From IMG/VR virus record IMGVR_UViG_3300008223_000004, positions 1 through 51,539 of that record: 51,539 nucleotides of DNA. One strand, written 5' to 3'. Each line of letters starts with the position of its first letter. Positions within the stretch are counted from its first letter, which is position 1. Positions 26,774 through 37,761 of this stretch are shown here, in pieces. A model generated the notes under the pieces. It worked only from the letters and a program-made list of their open reading frames with translations, was not told the origin of the DNA and ran no database searches. This DNA comes from a virus (lineage: Duplodnaviria; Caudoviricetes). Both the position numbers and the translations under genes were made by a program.

Positions 26774-27769
26774 TTAAGCGCCTTTTCTCAGCTTAATGAC
26801 AGCTTGAGGCTTCGTACATAAGTACAACGGGTTAGATTGCGACTCTAGCTCAACCCCTTTATTAAACTTCATCGCTTCAGCTTTCGCGTAATACGGCAAA
26901 CCAACCTGGTTGGCAGTCTCCATATAATCAGCAGGAGAAAAACGACCAATGAATAAATTCGGCGCACCAACCGCAACTGCATAAGCGTCATCATCACCAA
27001 TGAAGCGAGAACCACCCACTTGACCGCGATACTTAACCCATTCAATTTCACCAAAGGTAAAGCCTTCGTTGTTTTTATCTCGGTTAAACTGGCCGTTATT
27101 CCAGAGCTCATAAGCTTTTTTAACGTTTGCATGACCAACTAATTCATTGTAAAAGTTACGACCACAATAGACCTTGATGCTCGTAAAACCGATACCATCC
27201 ATTTCGTCTTCAATTAGGTCTTCTAGCGCACGACATTTGCCGGTAATTTCCGTAGTTGTAACATCTAAAACCATGCCGAATTCAGTTTGCGTTAAACCAA
27301 ATCGAGCATAAACATCAAGCAACACATCTGATCCGTTAGCGTCCAATACCTTGCCTGTTAATGCGCCTACCTTTAAATGCTCAATCGTAGCATCGAGATT
27401 GTAACGCATCGTTGTGACACGTTTGGCGACCACACCAGCCACTGTTTGAGCTTGGTTTTCGGCTCCAAATTCACGCACACCATTTACTTCATCAGCCTTG
27501 ATAACAGCTTGTTGAGGAAGGTGGATTGTATTAAAAGGTAATAGGATTCGTTTTGAACCATGAACCGGCTTAGCAGGCGCACCACGTTCAGACGCTTCAA
27601 CAAGCGCTAAGGTATTACCATCTTTCTCAATTTGAGCGGTTAAAGTAGAAATACCTTCTTCCTGAAACATGCCGCTATTATTCAGCATTCCAGGTACTTG
27701 TTTATCTTCGTTCATTGCAAGCGTTAGCGTGGTTAACGAAAACGCATCATCATTTTCAAAATCAATCAT
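26774..27769 (-). CDS. Major capsid protein (lambda gpE family)
   Basis: FSLTTLTLAMN...ELESQSNPLYLCTKP. Confidence 0.93.
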   Translation of the reverse strand: MIDFENDDAFSLTTLTLAMNEDKQVPGMLNNSGMFQEEGISTLTAQIEKDGNTLALVEASERGAPAKPVHGSKRILLPFNTIHLPQQAVIKADEVNGVREFGAENQAQTVAGVVAKRVTTMRYNLDATIEHLKVGALTGKVLDANGSDVLLDVYARFGLTQTEFGMVLDVTTTEITGKCRALEDLIEDEMDGIGFTSIKVYCGRNFYNELVGHANVKKAYELWNNGQFNRDKNNEGFTFGEIEWVKYRGQVGGSRFIGDDDAYAVAVGAPNLFIGRFSPADYMETANQVGLPYYAKAEAMKFNKGVELESQSNPLYLCTKPQAVIKLRKGA

Positions 27770-27858
27770 CGGTATAAACTCCAGGTATAAAAAAGCCCCA
27801 CATGAAGCGAGGCTTGAATAAAAATTTAATTAGCTATAAATCGGGGATTTTTAAAGGG

Positions 27859-28209
27859 TTACAGAACCTTAATACCGACTGCGTTTAGATCAGCTTCACC
27901 AGCAGCATCATGCCCGTAGAGCATGTTCAGCGAGACTTCTGCGTCACTCTCAATTACCAACTGATCTGAGTCAGCATTAAGACCTGTGGCGCTGGTATCA
28001 ACATCGCGATATTGAATTGCTACCGCCGTTTGTGACCCATCACTTGCACCATCCAAATAAGGAATATGCTTACCACTGGCAGTTATCTTGCCTAGCAAAG
28101 TGCCTGCTTTAATGTCATGCCCTGCCAAAATAGTGACTGTGGCTCGTGAGCGTGTACCGTTAGCTTCTGAGATCAAAAACTCACCGGCGCGATTTTTTTC
28201 AACTTGCAT
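27859..28209 (-). CDS. Head decoration protein (gpD-like)
   Basis: GEFLISEANGTRSR...GTLLGKITASGK. Confidence 0.9.
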   Translation of the reverse strand: MQVEKNRAGEFLISEANGTRSRATVTILAGHDIKAGTLLGKITASGKHIPYLDGASDGSQTAVAIQYRDVDTSATGLNADSDQLVIESDAEVSLNMLYGHDAAGEADLNAVGIKVL

Positions 28210-28210
28210 A

Positions 28211-29293
28211 TTATTTACCTATATTGTTACGTGCTTCATAAATGGCATGAGAGCTAAGCTCTTTTACCGCTGAACCGACCACACCGGACGGCAATGAGGG
28301 GTCTTGCTCTAACTCTGATTGAGCAATCGCCTCAGTAATGGCATGACTCAACATTTTTGCTGGGTCAGCCAAATTATTTAGAATTTCTTTATTATCAATA
28401 TTGCTGGCAAGGCAAACCGCCTGAATACCTGTGACAGTGTTTATTTCTTGAGTCACTTGCTCTTCAGAAAACTTCTTATCTAGCATCCTATTGATTAGGC
28501 TTGGTACTTTTGCCTCCGTACAAGCTTGAGCAATAAACTGAGCATCAGCCCCTAACTCCACGGCTGTAAGACCGAATTTACTTAATTGATCTTCTGTTAG
28601 ATCTTTAAGCTGTGTTTCTAAGTCAGGACTATTCGAAAGCAACTCAATTTGAGATTTTTGGTGAGCAATAATTGTTTCGAGCGATCCATTCTTGGAAGCC
28701 TGCTTAGCATCAACAAACGCGACCGCCTGAAGATCTACCGACTGTGAATCTACAAAACCCCACTCAAGCGCTTCTTCTGCGCTCATCACTCGATCTTCCT
28801 TCATGAGCGCCAGCAGTTCGTCTTTTGTTTTGTTTTTGGTGGCGATACGAGGCATGTAGAAATCAATCACTGAATTCTCTATCGTGTCTAAGTCTCCGGC
28901 CAATGCTCGGCATTGATCAGCATTGATATAACCCTCCATAATCGACATTGGCTTATGGACCAGGTAATTAGTCCCTATTCCCATTTCAATCGTGTCACAA
29001 GCACTAGCGATTACTGTGGCTATGCTGGCAGCCTGACCAATTACACACGCCGTCCATTTAGCAGAATGATTTTTAATAAAGTTGGCAATTGAAACGCCGT
29101 CATAGACATTTCCACCAGGTGAGTTAATTTCTAAAAAGACCTCGTTAAGATCACCCAGCGCCCGAACTTCATTAATAAAGGCAGTGGCTTCAACCCCTTT
29201 ATCGGTCCACCAGTTGTAACCAATTTGATCCATGATCTGAATGACTGCTGAATTAGCCGATGAGTCATGATTTATAATGTTAAAAAATTTCAT
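28211..29293 (-). CDS. ClpP-like head maturation protease / scaffold
   Basis: INSPGGNVYDG, AASIATVI, MSAEEALEWGF. Confidence 0.92.
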   Translation of the reverse strand: MKFFNIINHDSSANSAVIQIMDQIGYNWWTDKGVEATAFINEVRALGDLNEVFLEINSPGGNVYDGVSIANFIKNHSAKWTACVIGQAASIATVIASACDTIEMGIGTNYLVHKPMSIMEGYINADQCRALAGDLDTIENSVIDFYMPRIATKNKTKDELLALMKEDRVMSAEEALEWGFVDSQSVDLQAVAFVDAKQASKNGSLETIIAHQKSQIELLSNSPDLETQLKDLTEDQLSKFGLTAVELGADAQFIAQACTEAKVPSLINRMLDKKFSEEQVTQEINTVTGIQAVCLASNIDNKEILNNLADPAKMLSHAITEAIAQSELEQDPSLPSGVVGSAVKELSSHAIYEARNNIGK

Positions 29294-29317
29294 AGGTTTA
29301 CCCTTTATTTCAGTCGT

Positions 29318-29342
29318 AAAAAAACCCGCACTTGGCGGGTTT
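29318..29342 (-). terminator. Intrinsic terminator after portal
   Basis: AACCCGC...GCGGGTT plus T-run. Confidence 0.6.
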
Positions 29343-30849
29343 ATTTGTTTTCGTTTTCTTCCGGTTTATCGTCATCATCGTCATCTATTACATCAACTTC
29401 AGTCTTTACAGGATCTGTTAAGCCGTGTTCCTTGCGTAAATCTCTACGCCTTACTCGAGCCAGAACATTTTTCAAATCAACTTCTTCAGCCTCCTTACCG
29501 CTTTCAGCTACTAGGTCATCACCAGCATTAAGGTTGTTATCTTTAGCCATGATTTGCGCTTGAATGTCTTGAACCGGATGAATGTGTTTCCATGCGTTAG
29601 GGCGCCAATCAACTTTATGATAGTCATGAACATTAACGGCATAATTTATAGGCGTTACAACACCAGCCAAAACAGCGCCTTCGATTGCCCATTCTTTAAT
29701 TTTACGTAGAGCTTGGAATTTCAGATTTTCTTGGTCCATTGAAATACCGCGACGATATTCCTGAATGAACGCTCTAAAAATACGATCATTCACACCAGCC
29801 CAATCGCCAGTCATTAACTCATAAGGGATATTAAATGCGGCCGCTATCATTAATTTTTGTTCGCGGGTGTAATCTTTATAGCCAGATCCAGTGTTATCAC
29901 CTTCAAACAATTTAAGGTCTTCACCTGGTAAGCCAGAAATAAAAGTCCCTGGTCTTATTTGTGCCGACTCTTCAGCATCATCTTCGTATATGGATTTTCC
30001 CGTCATAGGGTCGAAGTTGTAATCATCTTCGTCATATTCTTTACGAATAATCATGCCGGTATAGCCAGCCTTAGACTCCTTACGCTGAAGCTCTGCATCA
30101 TCATAGCTTTCGTAAGTTTTAACCTTTAAAAGTGATGTACTTGGCTCTGGTTCGCCTCTTATTTGCCCTGGTCGTTCAGGTTTAAATAAATGAATAATAT
30201 CGGCGGCCGGCACTCTGATTAAATTGGTTAAATCAACATCCATTTCAAACTCACCAGGATGGGATTTGTACATCCAATAAGCCACGCGTTGACCTAACTT
30301 ATTAAACTCAATACCACTTTTTATCTTATTACCATTCTTTCTGGTGTCATTGAGCGTTGTTGGTACAAAGTCAGATTCTAAAGTTTGGATCTGTAACGGG
30401 ATTAATAAACCCGCACTAAGTGAACGTCTACGCCTTCTTACAAAAACTTCACCCGATAAGCGTTGCGATTGATTCCATAACGCTTGCATTCCGTAAAGGC
30501 TTAAAACACCTTCTGGATCGCATTGGGTAGAAAAGATTTCAAAAGCTATACGCATAGCTTCATTAAAATCTTGATCATCACTTCGAAACCTGGGGATAAT
30601 TCCGGTACCAACCGTATTGGTCACATTTGAACGAATAGCCTTTTTAACCATTGGGCTATTTCTGAAGGCGTGACGGCTTCGACTAATGAGTGTATTTAAG
30701 CTGCCTTGTAATGTGGCGTTAGGTCCATTACGTGAAACACCATAACCAGCAAATCGACGACTTTGTGATGCTGAGTGGTAATCTGGTTCTGCGGCTGTAG
30801 CTGTATTAACCAGTTCTGCTCTCATTCTTATTCTTTGCTTAGCTGCCAC
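29341..30849 (-). CDS. Portal protein (lambda family)
   Basis: GIEFNKLGQRVAYW, RPGQIRGEP, IPYELMTGD. Confidence 0.94.
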   Translation of the reverse strand: MAAKQRIRMRAELVNTATAAEPDYHSASQSRRFAGYGVSRNGPNATLQGSLNTLISRSRHAFRNSPMVKKAIRSNVTNTVGTGIIPRFRSDDQDFNEAMRIAFEIFSTQCDPEGVLSLYGMQALWNQSQRLSGEVFVRRRRRSLSAGLLIPLQIQTLESDFVPTTLNDTRKNGNKIKSGIEFNKLGQRVAYWMYKSHPGEFEMDVDLTNLIRVPAADIIHLFKPERPGQIRGEPEPSTSLLKVKTYESYDDAELQRKESKAGYTGMIIRKEYDEDDYNFDPMTGKSIYEDDAEESAQIRPGTFISGLPGEDLKLFEGDNTGSGYKDYTREQKLMIAAAFNIPYELMTGDWAGVNDRIFRAFIQEYRRGISMDQENLKFQALRKIKEWAIEGAVLAGVVTPINYAVNVHDYHKVDWRPNAWKHIHPVQDIQAQIMAKDNNLNAGDDLVAESGKEAEEVDLKNVLARVRRRDLRKEHGLTDPVKTEVDVIDDDDDDKPEENENK

Positions 30850-31079
30850 TATAACCCCCTACAAATAGACACATGAACAGGTCGAAAACGATTGGTTTTT
30901 CTTGTTGTGGTCGCTGTGACGTTCTGCTTTAGCTTTGTGTAATATATGATGCCTCTCTCAATCTCCTTGATTGAGCGATACTTAGTTGACTCACCCTCAA
31001 ACTGCACTTCTGAAACAGAATCAATGCCGTCTTGAAGCTGCGCTATTCGTTCGTCAATTTCAGGAATAGTTAATGCCAT
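30849..31079 (-). CDS. Head completion protein (gpW-like)
   Basis: VQFEGESTKYRSIKEI; between terL and portal. Confidence 0.8.
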   Translation of the reverse strand: MALTIPEIDERIAQLQDGIDSVSEVQFEGESTKYRSIKEIERGIIYYTKLKQNVTATTTRKTNRFRPVHVSICRGL

Positions 31080-31090
31080 AATGTTTCTCT

Positions 31091-33178
31091 TTAGGAGCTA
31101 TAACGAACTTTGCGGGTTCTACGTCTTGCTCTTGGTGCGGGGGGTTCTGCTATTTTTTTCTCTTCGCGGTCTTCAATCACACGAATAATTTCAGGGTTTT
31201 CGTCTTGAGGTCTTGCCCACATAGGCGGCATATCCCAAAATTTTAACTTGTTGTATTTCAGGTCTCTTGAAAGCGCTTCGCCATAGTTGAATAAATCAAA
31301 GGCTTCGTTATTTCCGCTACCTGGTGAAGTCCAGTGACCTTGGAAGTCTCGCTCTTCGTAAGTTAATTCTTCAAAGAACCATTCGCCTAACCAAGATGGG
31401 AAATGAACATAGCCACGTCCTCTCTCTTCGCGCTGAAGGTTGTTAAAGACTATATCCTTACATTTGTCTGTATTAATTATGGCGACCGGAACATCGCCTT
31501 TAGCTTTCGCCTTGCGCTTTTTGTTATTAGTATTATCAGGGTGTGTAATCTTAAAAATGTCAGCTTCTTTACGGCTGCCACCTTTCACAAGCAAGAACTT
31601 GCCATGCTTATTATCTTTCTTTAAAACTCGGTAATACTCATAAGCATTGTTTGATACGCCATCTTCACCACCCTGGTCACAAGCAACTTTTTTAATTGGC
31701 ATAAAACCTTTGCCACTTGCCAATGGGTAAACCTTATCAATTACCTGACGCCCTATTTCATCCCAGTCTTCTAAATAAGAGCCTGGTTCAATCGCCTTTT
31801 CTTCACCCTCTTCATTTAAGCGAGAAGAGGTTTTTCTAATATTGAAACGATCAATTACAGTCTCTTCTTTTTCGCCAATACCATGAACCTGAACAACAAA
31901 TCTTTTCTTTCCAATGGCACCGGCTTGTATATCGATCCTGGCCGTTAGGAAGCGAACCCATTCAGGCACTTCCATCTTCTTAAAACTACAAGCTTCAGCA
32001 CGATCCATTAAGGTTTGCTTTAAATCGCCTGAATCCATTTTCACGCCTTTTAGAACCGTTCCTAATTGCGTGTTGTAAACGGTCATTAATTCGGTGTCAT
32101 CACCAGACGTTTCATATTCTTTTTTGGCTTGTAAGTATTTCAGTATCAGCGTTTTAGGTGCCTGAAGTTGTGCCCCCCAACCTGCTACCCCAAAGGTCGC
32201 CATGTCTGAATTAATCAGATCACCGTGAATATCGCCCTTGCTATCAATCGTTTGACCTTCGCCAAGCCATACACCCTTCTTATTCATTGCATTTTTATGT
32301 TTGTGAATATCAATGAGGCATCCATTATTAGGGCAAATTAGGCGGCTTTTTTCGGCTGCTTCTTTTAAATCATCACCACAATTTGGAATAAAAAGGTAAC
32401 TTTCATCAAAGGTAGCTCTGTTCTGAAAATACTCACCACATTCAGGGCAAGGCCAGTACCATTGCTCCATCGTGCCTTGGTGATAAAGGCTTGTGATTCC
32501 CATTGCGGGGGGATAATGGTGTGTGCTGGGTAATTTTTTCTTAGGGTCAATCGAGTAACCTTTCGGGCTACTTTCAGCAATACACTTACCCCGCGTTAAA
32601 AAGGCTTTCGTCCTGTTAAATGCTAATTGCCATGCGGTACCTTCGCCATCGATGTTTTGCGGGAAACGATCATAATCAGTCATCACCACAAATCTAAGCG
32701 TTTTGCCTGAGAAGTGAGAAACCGCTGGCCAGCCTAAATATACTGTTTCACCATGCTTAAATTGCTTATCAAAAACATTGTCGCCAACTTGCAGCGAATT
32801 CAAACCTTTTGACCAGCGTAATAACCTGGCTAATCGAGACATTGAAAAGTCACGCGCCATATCTTTACGCGTTTGGACCACCAACATATCAGCATGAATA
32901 TTTTTAATATTTTCAGCTAATACACACTCAACCATTGTGAATGTTTTTAAACACTGAGCGGGGGCAACCACAACAATACCCTGGTACTTTCGACCGCCCA
33001 CTAGATCTAATGGGCGTCTTAGGTATGGTGGTACCTCAAACATGGCTGAGTGACCGCCAGGTGTATGCGACCAAACATATTCTTCAACTGATTCACTAAT
33101 AGGCTTTCTGTTTGGCGGCAATATGCCAGGTGATAACTCTCGCCTGATAGATTCAGTAGAGCCCAATAAAGCATTCAT
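31091..33178 (-). CDS. terL: Terminase large subunit (lambda gpA family)
   Basis: APAQCLKT, MTDYDR, ESSP, WPCPECG, NEAFD. Confidence 0.94.
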   Translation of the reverse strand: MNALLGSTESIRRELSPGILPPNRKPISESVEEYVWSHTPGGHSAMFEVPPYLRRPLDLVGGRKYQGIVVVAPAQCLKTFTMVECVLAENIKNIHADMLVVQTRKDMARDFSMSRLARLLRWSKGLNSLQVGDNVFDKQFKHGETVYLGWPAVSHFSGKTLRFVVMTDYDRFPQNIDGEGTAWQLAFNRTKAFLTRGKCIAESSPKGYSIDPKKKLPSTHHYPPAMGITSLYHQGTMEQWYWPCPECGEYFQNRATFDESYLFIPNCGDDLKEAAEKSRLICPNNGCLIDIHKHKNAMNKKGVWLGEGQTIDSKGDIHGDLINSDMATFGVAGWGAQLQAPKTLILKYLQAKKEYETSGDDTELMTVYNTQLGTVLKGVKMDSGDLKQTLMDRAEACSFKKMEVPEWVRFLTARIDIQAGAIGKKRFVVQVHGIGEKEETVIDRFNIRKTSSRLNEEGEEKAIEPGSYLEDWDEIGRQVIDKVYPLASGKGFMPIKKVACDQGGEDGVSNNAYEYYRVLKKDNKHGKFLLVKGGSRKEADIFKITHPDNTNNKKRKAKAKGDVPVAIINTDKCKDIVFNNLQREERGRGYVHFPSWLGEWFFEELTYEERDFQGHWTSPGSGNNEAFDLFNYGEALSRDLKYNKLKFWDMPPMWARPQDENPEIIRVIEDREEKKIAEPPAPRARRRTRKVRYSS

Positions 33179-33180
33179 TA

Positions 33181-33654
33181 TTATTCGTTCCAGGCTTCAT
33201 AAAGCGTGATTTGAAGGCGGTCACATAATGAAATCATGCGCTCTATTTCTTGAGCTCCTAGCCCGTCATCACGTTCTAAAATATCAGGGAATGATTGAAT
33301 TTTTTCTTTCAGATTATCTTGCAGTTGCTTGTAGTCAGAACGCACCTCTTCAGCTGAGATATATGTTCGAATGCTTACTTTATGGTCAACTTCTTTTTGT
33401 TCGGCTATCCAATAGTCTTTACGTTCTGAAGGGCTTAATGTTCTGGGGTCTACTTCACCCTCTAGATAAGTACTTGAGCCAAACATGATTTTAGCCACGT
33501 CTGCGATTCTGAATTGATTGTTACCTTTATATTCTCCGGTTATTTTCACACAACCTTTTTCAATACTATTCCTAACTCTCTGACGACCTACGCCAAACAT
33601 AGCCGCTAATTCTGAAATGTTAGCGGTAGTGGGATCTTGCCCGTCATAACTCAT
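33181..33654 (-). CDS. terS: Terminase small subunit (Nu1/DUF1441-like)
   Basis: N-terminal wHTH; PSERKDYW, FPDILERD. Confidence 0.88.
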   Translation of the reverse strand: MSYDGQDPTTANISELAAMFGVGRQRVRNSIEKGCVKITGEYKGNNQFRIADVAKIMFGSSTYLEGEVDPRTLSPSERKDYWIAEQKEVDHKVSIRTYISAEEVRSDYKQLQDNLKEKIQSFPDILERDDGLGAQEIERMISLCDRLQITLYEAWNE

Positions 33655-34400
33655 GGTAAATAAGTGGTTAAATCCTCAACAGTAGAAGTAGTAAGCCCAC
33701 TCATATTTCCATCTGAGCTAATGACCGCTATGGTGATCTCCTCACCTAATTGGTCCAGGCTAACATCTTGAACTATTAAGTAACCTTCCGAGTCAGTAGA
33801 CAAACCTTCAATGCTTACGCCCTTCTCAATTAAATGTGCCGTGAATCCTACGCCACTAGCAAAAATAGCATTATTAGTTCTGCTTTGAAGTTGGATGCGT
33901 ATTCCATTCGTTAAGCCAACTTCAGGTGTCGAGTCGGGAGTAAAGGTATCAACAATATTTGCAGTAATACTTGATCTAGGTAGTGACGAATCCCATAACA
34001 CGATACCTTGTTGAATATTTGCCGCGTAAGCGATTAAGGTTGTTTCTTGGGTGTTTGAATACGATACCATCGAGCCAATATTTAACTGAATTAGTCCTTC
34101 AGCATTAGCAGTAATTGAGCCAGCATCATCAATACTACTTATAGGGGTATCCCTTAAGCCGTGCAACTCGAATGAATCAAAAATAGTCAGGTCAATCGCT
34201 GAGCCGTCATAGCGTAGAAAAACATCAACCAGGTTAACTCTATCCTTGAAAATGGTGATTTCGTCTACGGTTGCTACTAACAAAGAAGGCGTGAAGCTTA
34301 ATTGAACTGGATCAGGTGCGATAATTAATTCAGAAGCAAGTAGAGTTACTGGCCCAAGTTTAAGCGACGACTTTAATAGCGTTACTGGGCCTAGTTTCAT
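33651..34400 (-). CDS. Hypothetical beta-rich protein, possibly virion-associated
   Basis: Coupled to terS; duplicated N-terminal KLGPVTLL. Confidence 0.7.
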   Translation of the reverse strand: MKLGPVTLLKSSLKLGPVTLLASELIIAPDPVQLSFTPSLLVATVDEITIFKDRVNLVDVFLRYDGSAIDLTIFDSFELHGLRDTPISSIDDAGSITANAEGLIQLNIGSMVSYSNTQETTLIAYAANIQQGIVLWDSSLPRSSITANIVDTFTPDSTPEVGLTNGIRIQLQSRTNNAIFASGVGFTAHLIEKGVSIEGLSTDSEGYLIVQDVSLDQLGEEITIAVISSDGNMSGLTTSTVEDLTTYLP

Positions 34401-36160
34401 GCGTCCACCACATCAAAAATTAAACCAGTCACTTCGGCATAAACCGCACCGTCAGCTTTAGTTAGAACACCTGTGGAGCCATTAAGCGTAACGCCGGTTG
34501 GAAGTACTCCCGTATCAACTGAATAAGCAAGTGGGGTGTTGTCTGGATTATCAATATGCTGCGCAAGTGGGTATGTGGTATCAATAGCGAATGATGATGC
34601 GGGAAATGGGTTTTGTGTGGACTCACTAATCGCAATAGGAGGCGCGACTACAACATTAACTATTCGAGAGGCTTGAATCGCTGCATTTGTGGCGGCATCT
34701 GTCGTGTTATATAAAAGGGTCGTTTGACCAATAACCGATGTATCAACAGTATTATCTGCGGTTATTTGTTTATTAACATCAACATTATCAGAAACCGTTG
34801 CGCCTGGATCACTCCAAGCCGAGTCTTGAATAACTTCAAGTGGATTATCGCCATTCAACGCTATTGTTGGCGCTGTCGTATCAATCACAACCCCAGCAGG
34901 GATAGCACGATCAATCGGAACACTCCAAATACTGTCGCCTTCATCTTGATACCACAAGCGAATCGAACCGCCGTCATCACTGGTCGCGGTTCCATTTACG
35001 AGATCAACGGTGACTGTTCCTGTCAGAACCTCACAATAGCCGTTATCGGCCGTTGCAAGACCAGGCGCATAAGTTGGCCCGTTAAAACCTGTGAGCGCTA
35101 ATGTTTCTTCATAGGAATCGCCAACCGTAGGAACAATTTGAAATGTTACCGCATCGGTATCGCTGCCATCAGTGATTTCAATGGTGAGGTCGACACCATA
35201 ATATAATGTTCGGTCACCAAACGACTTAGGTTCTGGACACGGTAATACTGAAGTAGCCCCATCCTGTGAAGTTTCGCTAATAGCTTGCCCGTTGATAGTG
35301 TACGTCTTACCGGAAGAGCTCGCGTTACTGTGATTAATCGTGATCGAATCACCGGCATAAATTGGCCCCGCCGTAATGCTATCAATGACCAAGGCAAGCG
35401 CCGTCACATTGACGGTAATTAGCGCGGTATCACTGGCACCATCATCGTCTGTCGCTGTCACGGTTGCTGTTATAGGTGTGCCTGCAACAAGCCCCGCATT
35501 GTCGAGTAACGAGATAACGCCCGTTGTTGCATGAATGCCTAGAACTGCACCATCAATTGAATAATTCGCAATCGTGCCATCACTATCCGTGGCCACATAA
35601 GTCGCAATGACATCGTTATTTTGCGCATCTGTTTGAATAGAATACGTATCATCATCAGCGACCGGCGCTTGGTTTGCACCTTCCGTATAGTCGATAATTA
35701 ATCTAAGGTCGCTAAAGTGAACGCTTTGCCCTTCTGAGGTGCTGCTGTTACGCGCACGAATAAAACACTCTGCGTTAATGTCGTCGACTGTGAACGCAAG
35801 TCCACCGATATCCTTGACTGTTTTAGCTTCGGTGCGGGTTTCGAGCGTGTTCGGGGCAGTCACTGCCGTACCAGACTGTAACTCGCCGTTTATGGTAAAC
35901 CTAGGCTGATACTTTGGCGTACCAACTGCGATCAACTCCCCTGACCACGTAACACTGTTGATCGTTGCACCGGCAGGTACTTGCTCGTTACTTAACAAAA
36001 ACTGCTGATTACCGTCTGTATCAGCGCGCGCTATCCCTGTGTTCGTCAAACCATCGGTAACCCCGATGGTTTTGCTTGCGGCGATTACGGCAAGATACTG
36101 ATTTAACGACCCAACAGCACTCTCGGAGACTGGCGTTCTAATTAGAATAGTCATTACCAA
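34397..36160 (-). CDS. Cadherin-like / Ig-like repeat protein
   Basis: NQAPVADDD...ATDSDG...ATDDDG; DTTAPTIALNG...DPGATVSDNVD. Confidence 0.8.
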   Translation of the reverse strand: MVMTILIRTPVSESAVGSLNQYLAVIAASKTIGVTDGLTNTGIARADTDGNQQFLLSNEQVPAGATINSVTWSGELIAVGTPKYQPRFTINGELQSGTAVTAPNTLETRTEAKTVKDIGGLAFTVDDINAECFIRARNSSTSEGQSVHFSDLRLIIDYTEGANQAPVADDDTYSIQTDAQNNDVIATYVATDSDGTIANYSIDGAVLGIHATTGVISLLDNAGLVAGTPITATVTATDDDGASDTALITVNVTALALVIDSITAGPIYAGDSITINHSNASSSGKTYTINGQAISETSQDGATSVLPCPEPKSFGDRTLYYGVDLTIEITDGSDTDAVTFQIVPTVGDSYEETLALTGFNGPTYAPGLATADNGYCEVLTGTVTVDLVNGTATSDDGGSIRLWYQDEGDSIWSVPIDRAIPAGVVIDTTAPTIALNGDNPLEVIQDSAWSDPGATVSDNVDVNKQITADNTVDTSVIGQTTLLYNTTDAATNAAIQASRIVNVVVAPPIAISESTQNPFPASSFAIDTTYPLAQHIDNPDNTPLAYSVDTGVLPTGVTLNGSTGVLTKADGAVYAEVTGLIFDVVDA

Positions 36161-37761
36161 TTAGCTCCAAATTGCTTCAAGCCTGTAATTACTGCCCCCA
36201 TATTTGCACCTTGTGATGCGGTTCGCCATGCGGGAGAAGTGTTATCTATTGCCATATAGTTAGCGTTTCCGCGAACAGTAGAAAGGAATAGTGGATCGGC
36301 TTCGATAGAGTTTATTTCTTGCTCTTTCGTTAGCGTGACGCGGGTGTAAACCTGCCATGCGGTTAGGCCACTTTCGTCGTGGCCCTTCCAGTTGTAATTT
36401 AGGTCTGTTGCAGCACCCCGATTGAAATAGAGGTTATTATTAGTAGTCAGTTCCTGTACTTGGTCCGTTGATGCGCCACCCCTTGGCTCAAAACCACCAT
36501 CCCCCGTATCGAATAAGTATGCTTTCCCCGCTATATCGTGATTAACGACAAATATGTTATCTCGAACATTTACATTTTCACTGTTCCTAGAATATAAATA
36601 ACCGTTGTCCTCCCATATAGGGTTTTCACTCGTCAACTGTAGGCCATCGCCGGTTGATGATGCTCTGAACGCTGACCTTTCATTAACCGGTTTTCCTGCA
36701 TTAGTACCGGCATCATAAAAAGTGTTGTTGTGGATAAAACCCCCTTTAGCGCCGAATGTCTGCGCCCCGCTTTCTCCCGTCCCGTCAACTTTGTTGTAAC
36801 GAATAACACTATCGTAATTCTGTACAGACTCACCCAAAGCCCCGCCTGATTTCGTCCAAATATCGTAGATATGGTTGTATTCTGAAAGGCAGTACTGAGA
36901 CACCTTTTTGAAATAATAGGCGTGACCGTCAGTGATGTTATAAATAGAATTTTGGCGAAGAATCACATAACTGGAACTTGTAATATCTATCCCTTCCGAA
37001 TTTCCAGCCCCCGCCAATCCAGAGTCATGTATCCGATTATTAAAATATAGGTTATACGACGAACCTGAATTGTTCTTAATAGGGTCATGGCCACTGAAAC
37101 CTATATCACTATTTTTCACGGTTACATGATTCGAGCCTGTTACTGACAGCGCATGACTTGATCCGCCTTTAATTGTAAGCCCATCGAACACGGTCCAAAA
37201 ATCATTATTTAGTAGCCAGCCTCCAGAATAAATACCCATCTGAATCGTTGCTTCAGCGCCTGTGATTGGTTTTTCTATGATTGCCATTCTTGGATTACGT
37301 GCTTTGTACACAATCGGTTGTAATTGCGTCCCTTGCGCTGTTATACGCCACTGTTCAGACTCGCCGTGTGCATAGGTGCCATCTTCAAATATGACGGTAT
37401 CACCGGCTGCAACCACATCATCAATATGGTTAGGAGTTAAACAAGGTGATAATTCTGTACAGGGGTTCGTATCGTTACCCGATGGCGATAAATACAGTGT
37501 TGCCCCAGTACCCACCGCATCACCGGCACCCTCCGTAATTCCCGCCCAATAATTAGGGTAGGTCGATTCATTGCCCACGCTTGCGTTTAAGATCTCATTA
37601 CCTGGTGCACAAATAAATGTCCACTTTTTACCGTCTGCACAATCAACTAAATCACCGCTCGTAATTGGTGTGGATAACGGTGTGATTTCGGCAAAGGCAG
37701 TGCTTAAAAGCATCGCAATTGTTAGCCAGAAAGCTAATAGTGAGTGGATAATTTTTTTCAT
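36154..37761 (-). CDS. Signal-peptide right-handed beta-helix (pectin-lyase fold) protein
   Basis: Signal ending AFA; YLSPSGNDTN, AGDTVIFEDGTY, Asn-ladder repeats, ADPLF. Confidence 0.8.
   Translation of the reverse strand: MKKIIHSLLAFWLTIAMLLSTAFAEITPLSTPITSGDLVDCADGKKWTFICAPGNEILNASVGNESTYPNYWAGITEGAGDAVGTGATLYLSPSGNDTNPCTELSPCLTPNHIDDVVAAGDTVIFEDGTYAHGESEQWRITAQGTQLQPIVYKARNPRMAIIEKPITGAEATIQMGIYSGGWLLNNDFWTVFDGLTIKGGSSHALSVTGSNHVTVKNSDIGFSGHDPIKNNSGSSYNLYFNNRIHDSGLAGAGNSEGIDITSSSYVILRQNSIYNITDGHAYYFKKVSQYCLSEYNHIYDIWTKSGGALGESVQNYDSVIRYNKVDGTGESGAQTFGAKGGFIHNNTFYDAGTNAGKPVNERSAFRASSTGDGLQLTSENPIWEDNGYLYSRNSENVNVRDNIFVVNHDIAGKAYLFDTGDGGFEPRGGASTDQVQELTTNNNLYFNRGAATDLNYNWKGHDESGLTAWQVYTRVTLTKEQEINSIEADPLFLSTVRGNANYMAIDNTSPAWRTASQGANMGAVITGLKQFGANW

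Noticed and set aside
33655-33760. cos site directly upstream of terS
   Set aside because: Region is coding (ATGA overlap) and shows no cosQ/cosN-like pattern
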